Positions 1-13,279 of a stretch of DNA of 64,000 nt are shown here, in pieces. Origin of the DNA: Malacoraja senta (taxonomy: Eukaryota); NCBI GenBank assembly GCA_038087875.1, contig CM075989.1:17052001-17116000 (forward strand), read 5' to 3'. The position numbers and the translations under genes are program-made. Positions within the stretch are counted from its first letter, which is position 1. Every line of letters begins with the position of its first letter. The notes under the pieces were generated by a model, which did no database searches, was not told the DNA's origin, and saw nothing but the letters and a program-made list of their open reading frames with translations.

Positions 1-410
1 TTCTGACCTCTTGTACCGCACACCCCCCCCCCCCCCCCACCCATTCTGCAACACTCCCAGCAGTGGCCACGGAGATAGGCTGCACTTCCCACTCCCGGTT
101 GGGTGGGGCTGGTGGGGTAGCAGGACCCTGGGGTACATTTGCAACCTCTGACTATCAGACTGCCTCAGGCAGAGGCTCCACGGCTTCCTCGGCACCAGGC
201 ACTGCCGGCCCACCAAGGGAAGGAATGAGAAATGGCCATTTTCCTACTTTGGGCAGTGTGGACCACGTCTGTCCTGCCACAGTGCTTAATCCACTGCTAG
301 TGGGGTTATTCCACGAGTCTGGGCTGCATGTACTCACCAGCAGAACTGTGATTCCCATCTACCCAGGGCTCCCAGTTGCTCATTTGCTCCACACATTACG
401 AGGTGCTACA

Positions 411-742
411 GGGCGGCACAGTGGCGCAGCTGGTAGAGCTGCTGCCTCACATTGGCAGAGAACCAGGTTCGATCCTGACCTCAGGTGCTGTCAGTGTGGA
501 GTTTGCTCGTTCTCCCTGTGACTGCGTGGGTTTCCTCTGGGTGCACTGCTTTCCTCCCACATCCCCAAAATGTGCATGTTTGTAGGTTAATTGCTCTCTG
601 CAAGTAACAAAATTGGTCCGTAGTGTCTAAGGAGTGGATGAGAAATTGGGATAATATAGAACTAATGTGATCGATGGTTGGCATGGATTTAATGGGCTGA
701 AGGACCTGTTTCCATGCTATATCTCGAAAACTAAAAAATAAA
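411..742 (+). mobile_element. HE1-type tRNA-derived SINE (V-SINE)
   Basis: Pol III A box TGGCGCAGCTGG (422-433), B box GGTTCGATCC (466-475), V-domain gtggagtttgc..gttctccc, CR1-like tail gggctgaaggacctgtttcc. Confidence 0.85.
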
Positions 743-2167
743 TTAGTCTGAATCCTCAAGGCTGATTATTGTTCCTGAGTGTCTACATTTCAGTGAGAGC
801 AGGGTGTACATTCAGTCTGACAGGCAGTGGGACTATATTGATCTCAGCTGATAGTTGACTGTGCTTTGTGGAGCTGCACCTGGATCCCACGGAAAGATCC
901 TCCCTTTGCACCCAGGCATTCCGATGCAAACCATTCCTGGCCATGCTTAATTCTGGCAAAATGCTGCTCATCTCTCCAGCAAACAGTTGATTTCAGACTT
1001 TCTCTTCATTTACTTGCTTTTATCTCACGTAGAAACATAGAAACATGGAAAATATGTGCAGGAGTATGCCATTCGGCCCTTCGAGCTAGCACCGCCATTC
1101 AATATGATCATGGCTGATCATCCAAAATCAGTACCCCGTTCTTGCTTTCTCCCCATATCCCCTGATTCCATTAGCCCTAAGCGCAATATCTAACTCTGTC
1201 TTGAAAACGTGATTCTAATTCATTGGTTTTCATTCTCGGCTATATTCACTTCATCTTCTCTTAAGTTTAATTGGTAACTGGACAGAAGCTTAGACCCACC
1301 AGTCTCCAGTTTGTATCTAAGCCACCCAGTTACCAGCCTGCACTCCTGGTTATCTCTGGTGTACCTGATCTGAAAGAGTGTACAGTTTTAATTGGAATAT
1401 AACTTTAATATTGCAGCCTACCTTCAATTTAGTCTTCCTGTGGGAGATGGAGCAATCTGCCAAAGTGAAACAATTTCCTTCAAGTTTGCCTGACAGACTA
1501 ATTTGCTCCTATTACAAGCCCGTCACCCATTGCTCTGATGTGTTACACAGATAACATACAATTTCAGAGAAGCAGTTGGCATAATGTTGAATAATTTTAT
1601 ACACTCCATTGCTCCGTGGTATTACATTCAGCTCTGTTTATTTTATGATTATATACAAAATTATTCAGTTCAATTGTTATAGATCACAGTTTTCACAGGT
1701 GGGATCGCAGGACTGAACACATGTTATAATTCACAGCTAATGATCAACAATTATGATGTATGCGTTTATTCAGTGTTTGCAGATATTAAAGAGGCAATTT
1801 CACAACCCCCCTTCCACCCCCAGAGATGATATGAAGTTTCCTCTCTCCAGTTCATGTTGATCCAGCCACAAAGGAGGCAGGATTCAGAGATGACCGTGTT
1901 TTAGGGGGATATCCAGGGAATAAAGGATGACTTTGATCCTTGGGTCTTAGGGGGGGAGGGGGGTTACCAAAGTTTCCCTCCTATCACTGTCTCCCTCCCC
2001 CGAGCCCACGCCGACCAGCGATCACCAGTGCACAGGAGACTCATGTTAACTCAGACACGAGGAACTGCAGATGCTGGTTAATGTCTTTTCATCTCTAGCC
2101 TTTTGTCCAACAATCTGCCAAACAACCTCCCCCCCCCCCCCCTCCCCTCACCTGTATCCACTTATCA

Positions 2168-2390
2168 TGTGTAGGAAGGAACTGCAGATGCTGGTTTAAA
2201 CCAAAGATAGACACAAAATGCTGGAGTAACTCAGCAGGACAGGCAGCATCTCTGGATAAAAGGAATGAGTTTCATTATGGGTCAAGTAACCGACTGAAGA
2301 AGGGTCTCGACCCAAAATGTCACCCATTCCTTCTATCCAGAGATGTTGCCTGTCCTGCTGAGTTACTCCACCATTTGTGTCTATCTTTGG
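2168..2390. mobile_element. Palindromic PLE-derived element
   Basis: Same inverted-arm family as 18291-18511. Further copies at about 9815-10065 and 26430-26640. Confidence 0.7.
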
Positions 2391-5305
2391 TACGGATTGA
2401 TTCCCAATCTCGGTCAGTCACACCCTCGGTCAGCCTGCCCATTATCTTTGAAACCCATGATCACCAGGGCAGTGCAAGGCTCACCAGTTTTCTTTTGTTC
2501 ATTCATTTGTGTGTCCCTCGGGTTCTATATTTCTATGGTCCATTTCTTATTATGCATTAAGGTTCCTGCAGTAGATTCTGGAAGTCTAATACTCTCTCAA
2601 AAATGTTAAGATCAAAGGGTGGATTTTGCCTGAACCTGTCAGTGCAAGTTAGATTATTGGCACACACATCATGTGGGGAAGCTGTATCATTCCAAACCTA
2701 CCAACAGATTGTAATTCTGTCCTTTACTTTAATGGCAGGGTGAGTGGACATGTGCTATTACAGCTGTTCCAGCGAGTCCCCCTCTTGCTCTAACCAGCAA
2801 AGGAGATAGAGCACTGGAGAGATACAGCATGGAATGAGACCCTTCACACTATCGAGTCAGTGCAGACCTTCAACCGCCCATTAACACTAATCCTACAATC
2901 TCATCAACTCCTCCTAGATGCTGTTATTCACCCGCACGCTTGGGCCGATTTGCAGTGGCCAATTAACCTTACACTAGACATGTCCGCGGGAGGAAACCGC
3001 AGCACCTGGAGGGCAACTGTCGGGATCTAGGAGACAACCGACGTGCCAGCTCCACAAACTGTAGGTAGCACCCGAGGTCAGGATCGAACCCGGGTCTCTG
3101 GCGCTGTGATACAGCGGCTGTACCCGCTGCACCACTGTCCAGTTGTCACCTTGGACCGACCGGGCAGAGCAGAGCCTGAACTTGCTGAGGTTGCCCATCC
3201 TTGCTGTACTTGGTGCAGGAGTAAAGTCATCACTCAACCTTAATCATGTTTCCCAACATGGAGATCAACTAAAAGGTGAATTGAGTGATTTGTTTTTGAC
3301 ATTATTCTTTTTAGCAATTTATTAGGATTGAAAACAGTTTATTTTTACTCTACATTATTTTTTTTTAAATTACAACAATCATTAAATTTGGGATATCTGA
3401 ATTCCAGAGATGTTTAAACCATCAATGCTATGGTTGGACACTAGGGTTTGCTCCAGCCTTACTGCCTATTAGATGGTCTTGGAGCATACAGTATGAGCGG
3501 TGAAGGGGACAGGGAGGAGGATGGGGAGGGGTAGGGGGAGGGGAGGGAAGAGGGAGAGTTGAGGGTGGGTGCATGGGTTCGTCTGAGACCTCACTGTGTC
3601 TCACACAGTGCCGTCCCTGTGAGGAGGTTAGCTCGCTCAGTCCACATGAGTATGGGAAGACACAGACTGCAGGCTACACCAGTTCCCCTGTTCGCATCCC
3701 TGAATCCCTCTCATTATCACCTCTTCCGCAGCCACCAATCAGCCATTATGGGCTCCACCCTTCCTGGGTCACCTGTTGCCAGCCTGATGTGTTCTGGCCT
3801 TTACCTACACCCAGTTCCCCACCTCTACATTCAGTCTGAAGAAAGGATCCGACCCGAAACGTCACCCATTCTTTTTCACCAGAGGAGCTGCTTGACCTGC
3901 TGAGTTACTCCAGCACTCTGTGTCTTTCTTCGATATAAACCAGCATCTGCAGTTCCTTCCTACACCATAAGCCCATTGAGTTCAGCCTGTGATTTTATTA
4001 AACTATAGTTTCCTTTCCCTTTCTCCTCCTTAATTCTCTTCATTCAGACTTTCTCATCAATTACCTGCTTTTACATCAATTACCTGCTTTAATTCATTGG
4101 TTTTCATCCTTTTTGCTATTTTCACTTCACCTTCGCTTAAGTTTCATTGGTAAGTGAAACAGAAGCTTAGACCCACCAGTCTCTAGTTTGTATCTAAGCC
4201 GCCCAGTTACCAGCCTGTGCTCCTAGTTATCTCAGGTGCCAGAACAACCTGAAAGGGCAGGCAACAAGTCCCATTTGATGCTCAGCTCACCAAGTTCAGA
4301 ACATGTGTGCCAATGTGTCTGAAGGTCGGGGCGTACAATATACAACCCCATCCCTTTGCAACTGTTGCCCAGAGGAATTTAATGGTCAGGCAAGAGGGAA
4401 CACAATTGAAGAAGGGTCCCGACCCAAAATGTCAGCCATCCTTTTTGTCCAGAGATGCTACCTGACCCGCTGAGTTACTCCAGCACTTTGTGTCTATCTT
4501 CGGCATGTACCCGCATGTACCCAAAGGGTTTTATTGTCAGATTTGTTTCACGCTCTGTGACAGGTGCACATGTTCAGTGAATGTGCACAAACTGGTTCCA
4601 ATAGAACCTAACTTCATTAGCAGGTGAACCAGATGTGTCTGTGGTCGATGCAGAGTCCTGGGAACCAAATGAACCAGTTGTCCCTGCCGTCACAAGAAGC
4701 TGTTTGCAAGGTGACCACACTTTGCTGCCCTTCTGTGGAGGGCAAGGGTTTGTCCACATTGAGGTGTGGAGGGGCTGAACCCAGCATGACAGGTGAAACT
4801 CCCATCAGTAACGGCTGAAACGCCCCAGAGAAGATCAATACAAAAGACGGAGGCTCTGCTTCAATCTCTAACATTTGCAGCACAAGTAAATGTCAGCTAA
4901 ATGATTCTACTTTAAATTCTGCTGCCAAAATGTAACTGATCTCAGACATTGCGAAAAGTGGCAATTATCTTCATGTTGTTATTTTCCCAGTACCTTGTTT
5001 CATTGTCAGCATGTTCAGTTAAGCATCCCATCAACATTTTGACTCTCTGCCTGCAAACTGGATAACTCCATCCCGACACAGTACTCTTGTACCTTGTCTG
5101 ATGGAGTCATCAGTCTGATTGTTTTCAGTAATTGAAGTAAAACACTGCACAGAGGAAGATTATGCAAACATTTTAACTTGTTGCTCACTGGTGAAGATTA
5201 AAACCTTACGGTCTGATCCAGTGGACCATGTATAGAGCACACAAAAGGTTAAAACAGTGATAAATATCAGTCCCAAATGCATGTACTGATCTGAGACTTC
5301 AGACA

Positions 5306-5311
5306 TTTATT
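5306..5311 (-). promoter_or_regulatory. Possible proximal polyadenylation signal of MINAR1
   Basis: AATAAA on the minus strand about 32 nt after the stop codon; usage not shown. Confidence 0.25.
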
Positions 5312-5342
5312 CGGACGCTTTCATACAAGTATTATAAAAGCT

Positions 5343-5540
5343 TTAAGATTTCATAGTGCAAATTGGGACCACAATGACCAAAACCACGGTGCAGACCGCT
5401 GCTACGATTAAGGCAGCAATCTTACAAATTTTTGCCCGTCTGAATTCTGCCTCTTTCCGTTTCAGCAAGGAGTCATATCCCGGAGTGTAGATATCCTCCA
5501 TCCAGTACTCTAAGTTATTAGGATTCAAAGATTCTTGATT
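5343..5540 (-). CDS. MINAR1: MINAR1 (KIAA1024/UPF0258) terminal coding exon with C-terminal transmembrane anchor
   Basis: Translates NQESLNPNNLEYWMEDIYTPGYDSLLKRKEAEFRRAKICKIAALIVAAVCTVVLVIVVPICTMKS*, nearly identical to the recalled human MINAR1 C-terminus. Acceptor ttacag| at 5541-5542, phase 0, TAA stop at 5343-5345. The N-terminal part of ORF 5343..5750 is intronic. Confidence 0.95.
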   Translation of the reverse strand, partial: NQESLNPNNLEYWMEDIYTPGYDSLLKRKEAEFRRAKICKIAALIVAAVCTVVLVIVVPICTMKS

Positions 5541-5680
5541 CTGTAAGGAGACAGAAATTTCTGTTAATGTGGTCTTTAGCTGAGTGTACAAAGTAGAGCG
5601 GATTGTCTTAAACAATAGCAACCTGATCCTACTATGTCCCAAATGTAGGTAAATGTTAATAGATTCATGCCAGTAATGAC

Positions 5681-6085
5681 CAAAGATCCTATAGCAAGCA
5701 AGATAGATCACTCGACGAAAAAGACGTAGTACGGTCATGGGCAGATTCATGGGTAATTTTAGGCCCCATTTCCGTAATCGGCTTCCGTCTCCGCACCAAA
5801 GATCCCATAGCGGAGTAAAGATAACTAGTGCGGAGACGGAAGCCGGTTACGGAAACATCCTCGTAAAAATAAAAGTTCTTTGGGGAAAATCTCCTCATTT
5901 TCAGAATTTAAATTTATGAACACAAACTGTTCCCCCGCAACGTTGATTACACTGCGAGTCGGGTCAGGTCGGGTCGGGTTACGGAAATGGATGAAAAAAA
6001 GGCCCACGTTCCGTTCCGTTGCGTACTACATGTCAGCCCATTGCATTTAGAAGGAGTGATCTATCTTGCTCCTATAAGATCTTTG
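5681..6085. mobile_element. Non-autonomous TIR DNA transposon (hAT- or P-like), 405 bp
   Basis: About 33-bp TIRs CAAAGATCCTATAGCAAGCAAGATAGATCACTC / CAAAGATCTTATAGGAGCAAGATAGATCACTC. Perfect 8-bp TSD GTAATGAC (5673-5680, 6086-6093). Confidence 0.9.
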
Positions 6086-6467
6086 GTAATGACCACCAGT
6101 CTCAGGAACAGCTTCTTTGCCTCTGTTATCAGGCTTCCGAATGATCCTTCCATAAGCTAGGGCATGGTTTGATTCACTGCCCTCCCCCCATTGTGGACTA
6201 TGGACCTTGTCTGCTTATTAACTCCCTTCTCCCCTGGGTCTACTTCTTGCTTGCCAGCTCCTGCCTCACTCCTCCTCACTTCCTTATATCTCCCCTCCAA
6301 ACTCTCAGCCCTGATGCAGGAGCTTGTCACGAAACACCATTAATCCCTGTACCACCGGACATGCTGCCTGACTCGCTGAGTTCCTCCAGCAGCACATTTT
6401 GTACAGTATGAGTTATTTTATAATAACGCTCTTTTGTTTTGTTCCAATAAATGAAACCCTAGCTTTT

Positions 6468-6760
6468 GGTGGTGTTTCGAGTCGAGACTGTTCTTCTGAC
6501 TGAAAGTCAGGGGTAGGGAAAAGGAGGGATGTAGAAGGTAAATAGAACAAATGAATGAAAGATATGCAAAAAGGAACGATGATCGAGGAAAGGTGGAGCC
6601 CACAATGGTCCATTGTTGGCTGTGGAGAAGATGATAACAAGTTATACTGATAGTGAAACTCAATAGGACGATAGTGAAACTAGTACATCCACTAGGGTGG
6701 GGGAGGGACGGAGAGAGAGGGGATGCAAGGGTGACTTGAAGTTAGAGAAATCAATATTGA
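6468..6760 (-). mobile_element. Penelope-like element 3' remnant
   Basis: Minus strand ...NIDFSNFK end followed by a UTR homologous to 37770-38100 and a degenerate hammerhead-like motif near 6475-6500. Confidence 0.6.
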
Positions 6761-7344
6761 CAGGGTATAGGATGCCTGAGCTGCAATGTAATATGGCAGA
6801 TGGGATCCCTCCTACATGGGATAATACGTGGACTTGCTCTGAGACACAGTGAGCTGCGTGATTTAATTGCGAGGGTACTTGATGGAAAAAATAAAACTGC
6901 CTGTCTTCAGTTAATACACAGACTGGAGACAATGAGGGAAGAGTTTGTGCTGTATATTGATCAGACTACAGCCAATTACCCAGAGCAGCTGAAAGTTAAC
7001 GTGCATCTCAATGGTGTCAGGGGAAGAGGATCATACAATAAAACCATCAAATGAGACATCGGAGAATACATTAGATGCAATTCACACCCACTGCACACTG
7101 CCTGGAACTGAAAGAGTTGATCATTATCTGTTCTTTACCCAGTAATCAGGGATGGAGAAATACTTTGGTATTTCCTATTAACAGTTTGGGACGGCACATT
7201 GGCGCAATGGTAGAGTTGCTGCCTTACAGCACCAGAGTCCCTGGTTCAATCCTGACTACGGGTGCTGTTTGTACAGAGTTTATATGTTCTTGGATGTGGC
7301 CAGTGAGCTTGTTTATATACTTTTATAATTTTATACACTTCTAT

Positions 7345-8095
7345 CACGTCTCCCCTCAACTTCCGGCAGTCCAGAGAAATGAAATCCAAATCGGTTCAAT
7401 CTCTCCCTGTAGCAAATACCCCCTAATCCAGGCATCATTCTGGTAAACATTCACTTTACTCTTTCCAAAGACTCCACATCCTTCCTGTAATGGGGCGACT
7501 AAAACTGCACATAATACTCCTAATGCAGCCTACCTAAAGTCATATCTAAAGTCATAAAGCTGTACCATGACTTCCTAATTCACAGACTCAAGGACCTGAC
7601 CAATGAAGGTAAGTATACAATATATCTTCTTCACCAGTCTATCTCCTTCTGTGGCCACTTTCAGGGAGTTCTGGACTTGGACCCCAAGATCCCTCTGTAC
7701 ATCAATGCTGTGTACGGGTCTTGCCATTAATTGTATATTTTCCCCTTACATTTGACCTCCCAAATTGCAACACCTCACACTTGCTTGGATTAAAATGTAT
7801 CTGCCATTTCTCTGCCCATTTCTGTAGCTGATCTATATCCCATTGTATACTTTGAAAGCCTTCCTCACAGTCTACGGCCCCAGTAGTCTTGGTGTCATCT
7901 GCAAACTTACTAACCAACACAGCTTTGTTTCCATTCAAGTCATTTGTATATATCACAAACAACAGAGTCTCAGCACAGATTTCTATGGAACTCCACTGGT
8001 CACAGAGCTCCAGCCTGAATATTGACCTTCCACCACAACCCTCTGTCTTCTATCACTAAGCCAGTTCTGAATCCATTTGACCAAATCACCAGACC
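7345..8095 (-). mobile_element. CR1 LINE RT fragment
   Basis: WIQNWLSDRRQRVVVEG..S.WSSVTSGVP, FVIYTNDL, VSKFADDTK, DIDQLQKWAEKWQIHFNPSKCEVLQFG. Confidence 0.88.
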
Positions 8096-8436
8096 GAGTC
8101 TGAAGAAGGCCCACAAAAGGTATCATGCCTTCCCCAACCAACAATGGGCCATTATGGGCACCACCTTGGTCATCTGATTTCTTCTGGCCTTCTCCTACCA
8201 CCAGTTCCCCCCCCCCCCCCCACCATCTACTTTCAGTCTGAATCAGGGTTCCGACCTGAAACGTCACCCACCCTTTTTCTCCAGAGATGCTACCTGACCC
8301 GCTGGTTACTCCAGCATTTTGTGTCTATCTTCCTATGAATCCTCTGCGGGCTGTCTTCTCTGAGTCTGACTTCAGAAGAGTTTTAAGGAAGATTACAGCA
8401 CAATAGCAGAATAAAGACACTGATTCCGGACTTCAC

Positions 8437-8688
8437 CAGGATTTCCAGAGCTGTTAACTCTACCTTGTCACCGGTCCTGTTGTACTCCTCAATGACCCAT
8501 GATGGCTGCGGCTGCTTCTGCTCCAGGACCTCGGTCAGCCGGAGATCCGTGTACAACGGGTTGTTCTTCATGTGAGATTTCATGGAATTGGGATACATGT
8601 GAGGGCTGAAGACCTGTTCGATTAACAGGGAATCTTTCCCGGGCTTTGACGACCGATGTGACTGTGAAATTTCGCAGCGGCGATCTCC
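8437..8688 (-). CDS. MINAR1: MINAR1 penultimate coding exon (84 codons)
   Basis: GDRRCEISQSHR...LIEQVFSPHMYPNSMKSHMKNNPLYTDLRLTE...PSWVIEEY...KVELTALEIL matches MINAR1 EQVFSPHPYPASLKAHMKSNPLYTDMRLTE. Acceptor ttttgcag| (8689-8690), donor |gtgaag (8436), phase 0/0, joins in frame with both neighbours. Confidence 0.93.
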
Positions 8689-11600
8689 CTGCAAAAGATT
8701 TGAAAGGAGTGAGACCCAATGGGAAGAACAGGAAAATGTCATCTCATTACAAGCGGCAGTAACCCAAAATGAAAAAATAAGGCATCGCCATAAGTAGTAG
8801 ATCAAAAGCACCCAAAACTTGAGGTGATCTCTGGGTTCTTTATTTGGAGAGAACCAGGTGGTTTGACACATTGCAGGACGGTGTAGCCTAGCTTGACTAA
8901 GATCTCATCAACCACCCTAATCATCCATTCTCTTCACCCACTGCACACAGTGACTCCATTGTGCACCATTGACAAAGTGTAGTGCATTTCCTTGTCTAGA
9001 ATACTCCAGCAATTATTCACAAGCCCGTAATCTCTATTACCAAGAAGAACAAGGACAACAGGTGCATGAGAATATTTTCACCAGGTTCCTCTCCAAGCCC
9101 CACACCATTCTGACTTGGAGATGTATCATTGTTCCTTCATCATCATGAGTTCCACATCTCGGAGCTCTCATTCAGACAATTCCATGGGAGACTCTTCACC
9201 AGATGGAATGCAGCGGTACAAGAAGATGATTCACCAATTTTTCCAGCATTTCTGTTTTATTTTTCCAGATTATCAGCATTATACAGTCTGCTGATTTTCA
9301 TTGTGAATGTGAGAGTTGACTTATCACAAAGGTTCTTCCTTCCAATGCTCCAAGCAGCAAATGGAGTCAATGAAAGGCAAATTTACCTGATCTGCCACAT
9401 TTCCAACCAAGTTACAACCATTGACCATTCGGGGAAGCCCCCGTTTACTTCTCCCGTGACGATTGCTCAAACCCGGATTGATGCTGGGTATTATTTATAT
9501 GTAGTATATTTACGTAAATGTAGACCGCAGCTTAATACTGATGGTATACCCGGTTAGAAACCAATATTAACAGATTGACCATTAATGGGATTGCCCTGGG
9601 AGCTCAAATAGACTTGATGGGCTGAATGCCCTCCTTCAATATCATAAAGAAGTGGGAAATGTGAGAGTAAATCAATCCAACAAGATTTAGGATATTTTCT
9701 TCAGACTTTTCTCTTACGCTGTCTATTAATCTAACAGAACTTGACAAGTGGGAACAGTCTTTGTTTAGAATCTCATTCTGATGTTTTTAGGAAAATGACG
9801 CAATCATACTGGACAGAAGATAGACACAAAGTGCTGGAGTCACTGGGATCTTCTCTGGAGAAAAAGGATGGGTGATGTTTCAGAGCAGAATCTTTCTTCA
9901 AACTGCTAAGAGCAAAGCAGTCTGGAGAAGGATTCCAACCCAAAACGTCACCCATCCTTTTTCTACAGAGATGCTGCCTGGCCCACTGAGTTACTCGAGT
10001 AACTGGGGGCTTCTCCGAATGGTCGTTCTTTGGTGTAAACCAGTATCTGCAATTCCTTCCTACACAATCTTACTGGACTGGACATTCCTTAGAGAGGAAC
10101 ACTCAGTTTGAAATCAATTGCCACTAAACTGAGGTGAAATGCACATAACTTGTACAATAGTCATAGATGGGCTTGCTGACAGTCAAGTGCATGCTATATT
10201 AATGAGAAATTTGGCATGAGCTGTGGCTCATATACTTACAAAATGTGCACTTGTGCTACTAACAACAAAAGGCAAGTCCTATGTGCTTCATTAATAAATT
10301 GGATGGCCCATATCCCACAGGCAGCTAGTCGCTGCCTTGAAGTTTAACAGCAAAAGTCTACAGGTATTTCCAAATTAATTTTATTAGCCTCAAGATTGGC
10401 TTTTTTGCTTCCGGATATGAATCTGTCTCTAAAGGATTATAAACGAGTGCAGAGCTCACATGAATAGTAATTTCTCAATCATAAACAATTTTGTTAGTTC
10501 ATAACATTTCCATATTTCTTCTTAATCTAAGTGGACAGCGTGAGGAATCATTTTCTATTGACCATGACAAACTAAGCGACACAGTCAGGACAGTTGTATC
10601 TTATAGTCCTGTTCGCTATTCACCAGCTTTTACTGAGAGTGGGCCTGATAGTAATTGAACACGGCAGAAGTTAAAAGAAAATGTGCTAAGTTATTCCAAA
10701 CTATTTTCATTGGTAGAAAGGTCAATAATAGAGGGTTCCAGTTCTCGGATAACATGAACCAGAGAGTGAAGAAGATAATTTCCTTACAGCACGGAAGACA
10801 ACATTCGCACAATATACAATGGTTTTGAAATAGTGATGGGCAACCTGGAAAAAACCTTCCTGGAGTCACATCATAATGCGTCCTTCCTTCAAGGAATCCA
10901 GGCAGGAAACGCAACCGCAGATAAAACATCTCCAAGCAGGACATTGTCAAAGTCGTACCATCATCTGTCGCAGATGGACGGATGCCAACAGCATCATGTT
11001 ATTATCTGGAATGCATTGCCGAAAAGGCTGCAAGTTGGCAGAGAATTGCCAGAGCAATGGGAAGACAGCAGGGGAGTGGGACAAGTTAGGCAGCTCTTAG
11101 ACTGAGTCAGTGCCGGCACTTGGAAAATGCATCACTTCACGTATTTCTGCCTTAAATTAAAACTGCCATCTGTCTTCCATTTCACCAGGGTGTTTATGTT
11201 CTCCTTAAACCTGTTCCTGTTTTCATCACTCTGTGCATCATTGTGTCATCTTCAATTTTTCAATGTTGCCCCTTGTATCCTCATCCAGGCCATTAATATA
11301 GATGAGAAGATCAGTGATGTGAACACCAATCCATGTATCTCCCTGCATTCAGATAAACAGCTGCTTACCACCTCTCTGTATTCTGATGATACCACATCCA
11401 CAGGGCCCCTTTCAATTCATCAGCTCCAATTTTGCTGACTTCATCAAAAGTCTTACTTAAGTTAATCCACACACAAAGAAAATCACATGAACCTTATCAA
11501 CTCCCTCCATTAATTCCTCAAGTAACTCACTCAGCTTTGTCAGATGTAATTTGTGTTCAATAAAACTCTGCATGCCGTCAGTTATTCCATGCTTCTAAAT

Positions 11601-12649
11601 CGCAATTAATTTAGTTCCAGGTTATAAACTCTAAAATTTTCCCCAATCCTTAAAGATTAGATTTACCTTATTTGTCTTTTTTAGACGGATTTGTAATATT
11701 TGCAAGATCCCTGTTTATACAGGACTACGTCACTGCAGCTAGAAACTCTTCTGTCTCCCCGTGCCTCCCTCTGTTAACTTTAATAATCCTGTCCTGACTG
11801 TGTAACATTCTTTCCTGAAGGACAGCCTACCTTTCAAAAACGTTATGTTTTGTTCAAGATTTTAGCATCTGCAGTTCCTTGTATCACCATTTTACTGCTG
11901 CACTGTGAAATCTCCTCAAAGTATGACTTCCTCTGATGAATGTGAGTCCCTTTCTTACTGATACCCCTCTGTGTTTATTTACTTATCACTTGCCACAGAT
12001 AGGTATATAATCCATCACCTAGATAATACATTCTAATCTATATCAATCTATATTATATCTATATACAATGTAGATTGTGTATAACTATATTATATCTATA
12101 TCTATGTCAGATTATAATATATAGAATATAATATAATCCCACGCCCACCTCTCATTTCCAGCTTTCTATCTCCTAATAGAATCAGTCTAAAGGGTCCTGA
12201 CCCAAAACATCGTATGTCCATTACCTCCACACATGCTGCTTGATCTGCTGAGTTTCTCCAGCATTTGTGTTTTGCTACCTTTTAAAATGTTTCCTTTTTT
12301 TATATCATTTCCTTCCCAACATGTCTTTTTTCATGTGACATAAAAAAAGAAAGAAATATATGCAGTTGTTGGCCATTCAGATCCTTAAGCCTGCCGGATA
12401 TTTGATAAGATCAGGGCTGTTCCACTACAGTTACTTTAGCCTATGATGTGGAAAATGAGGAACATTGGCCAGATATGTACTGTTCGTGTAAAGCGGGAGA
12501 GATCAACTCCAACTAATTACTGCCCTGTTAATCCACTCTCGTTCATCAGCAAAGTGATGGAAGATGATGCCAGAAATACTAATACATGGGACTTACTCAC
12601 CATTAACCTGCTCACTGATGCACAGTTTAGGTTTCAGCAGAACCAGTGG

Positions 12650-12960
12650 GAGAGTCTAGGCCTAGATGCATAGCCTCAGAATTAAAGGATGTTCTTTTAG
12701 GAATGGGATGAGGAGACATTTCTTTTGTCAGAGGGTGGTGAATCTGTGGAATTCTTTGCCACAGAAGCCTGTGGAGGCCAAGTCAGTGGATATTTTTAAG
12801 GCAGAGGTAGATAGATTCTTGATTACTACAGGTGTTAGAGATTATGGGGAGAAGGCAGGAGAATGGGGTTAGGAGGGAGAGATAGATCAGCCTTGATTGA
12901 ATGGCGGAGTAGACTTGATGGGCCGATTGGCCTAATTCTACTCCTATTCCTAATGACCTT
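12650..12960 (+). mobile_element. CR1 LINE 3' end
   Basis: HSLRIKG...RRHFFCQRVVNLWNSLPQ...IFKAEVDRFL. Related 3' ends at 1030-1210(-), 18620-18930(-), 30365-30560(+), 48570-48722(-) and 62690-62830(+). Confidence 0.8.
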
Positions 12961-13279
12961 CTGATCTAATCACCGGGCACTAGATTTTGGTCTCAAAACC
13001 GCTGAATTCTGGAGGTGAGGTGAGAGTGACTGCCTTTGGCCTCAGGACAGTATTGGGCTTAGTGTGCATCGACACCCTGGTAAAACAAAAGACTATGGAC
13101 ATCAAGGGGAAAACACACCTGGAGTCATATCTCACATAAAGGAAGATGGTTCAGGATGATAGTCAAGGTTCTAGACCAAGCTCCAATAGAGGACCTTGTC
13201 AAATACTTTACTCAAGCCCAATGAGGACAACATTCCCTGACCTAGTCTCAATCATCTTCATTACCACCTCAAAGAACTT

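Noticed and set aside
63..400. ORF 63..521 and a minus-strand CTG|GTGAGT donor near 338
   Set aside because: The ORF runs into a SINE and shows no recognisable homology; a lone donor is insufficient evidence for an exon.
411..480. tRNA-like sequences with A/B boxes (many copies)
   Set aside because: They are HE1 SINE heads continuing into the V-domain and LINE tail, not tRNA genes.
5541..5750. N-terminal part of ORF 5343..5750 as a standalone 135-aa gene
   Set aside because: Intronic read-through starting inside a TIR element; homology begins at the splice acceptor at 5540.
10630..11105. Overlapping ORFs of 74-106 aa
   Set aside because: No recognisable domain or splice-consistent exon.
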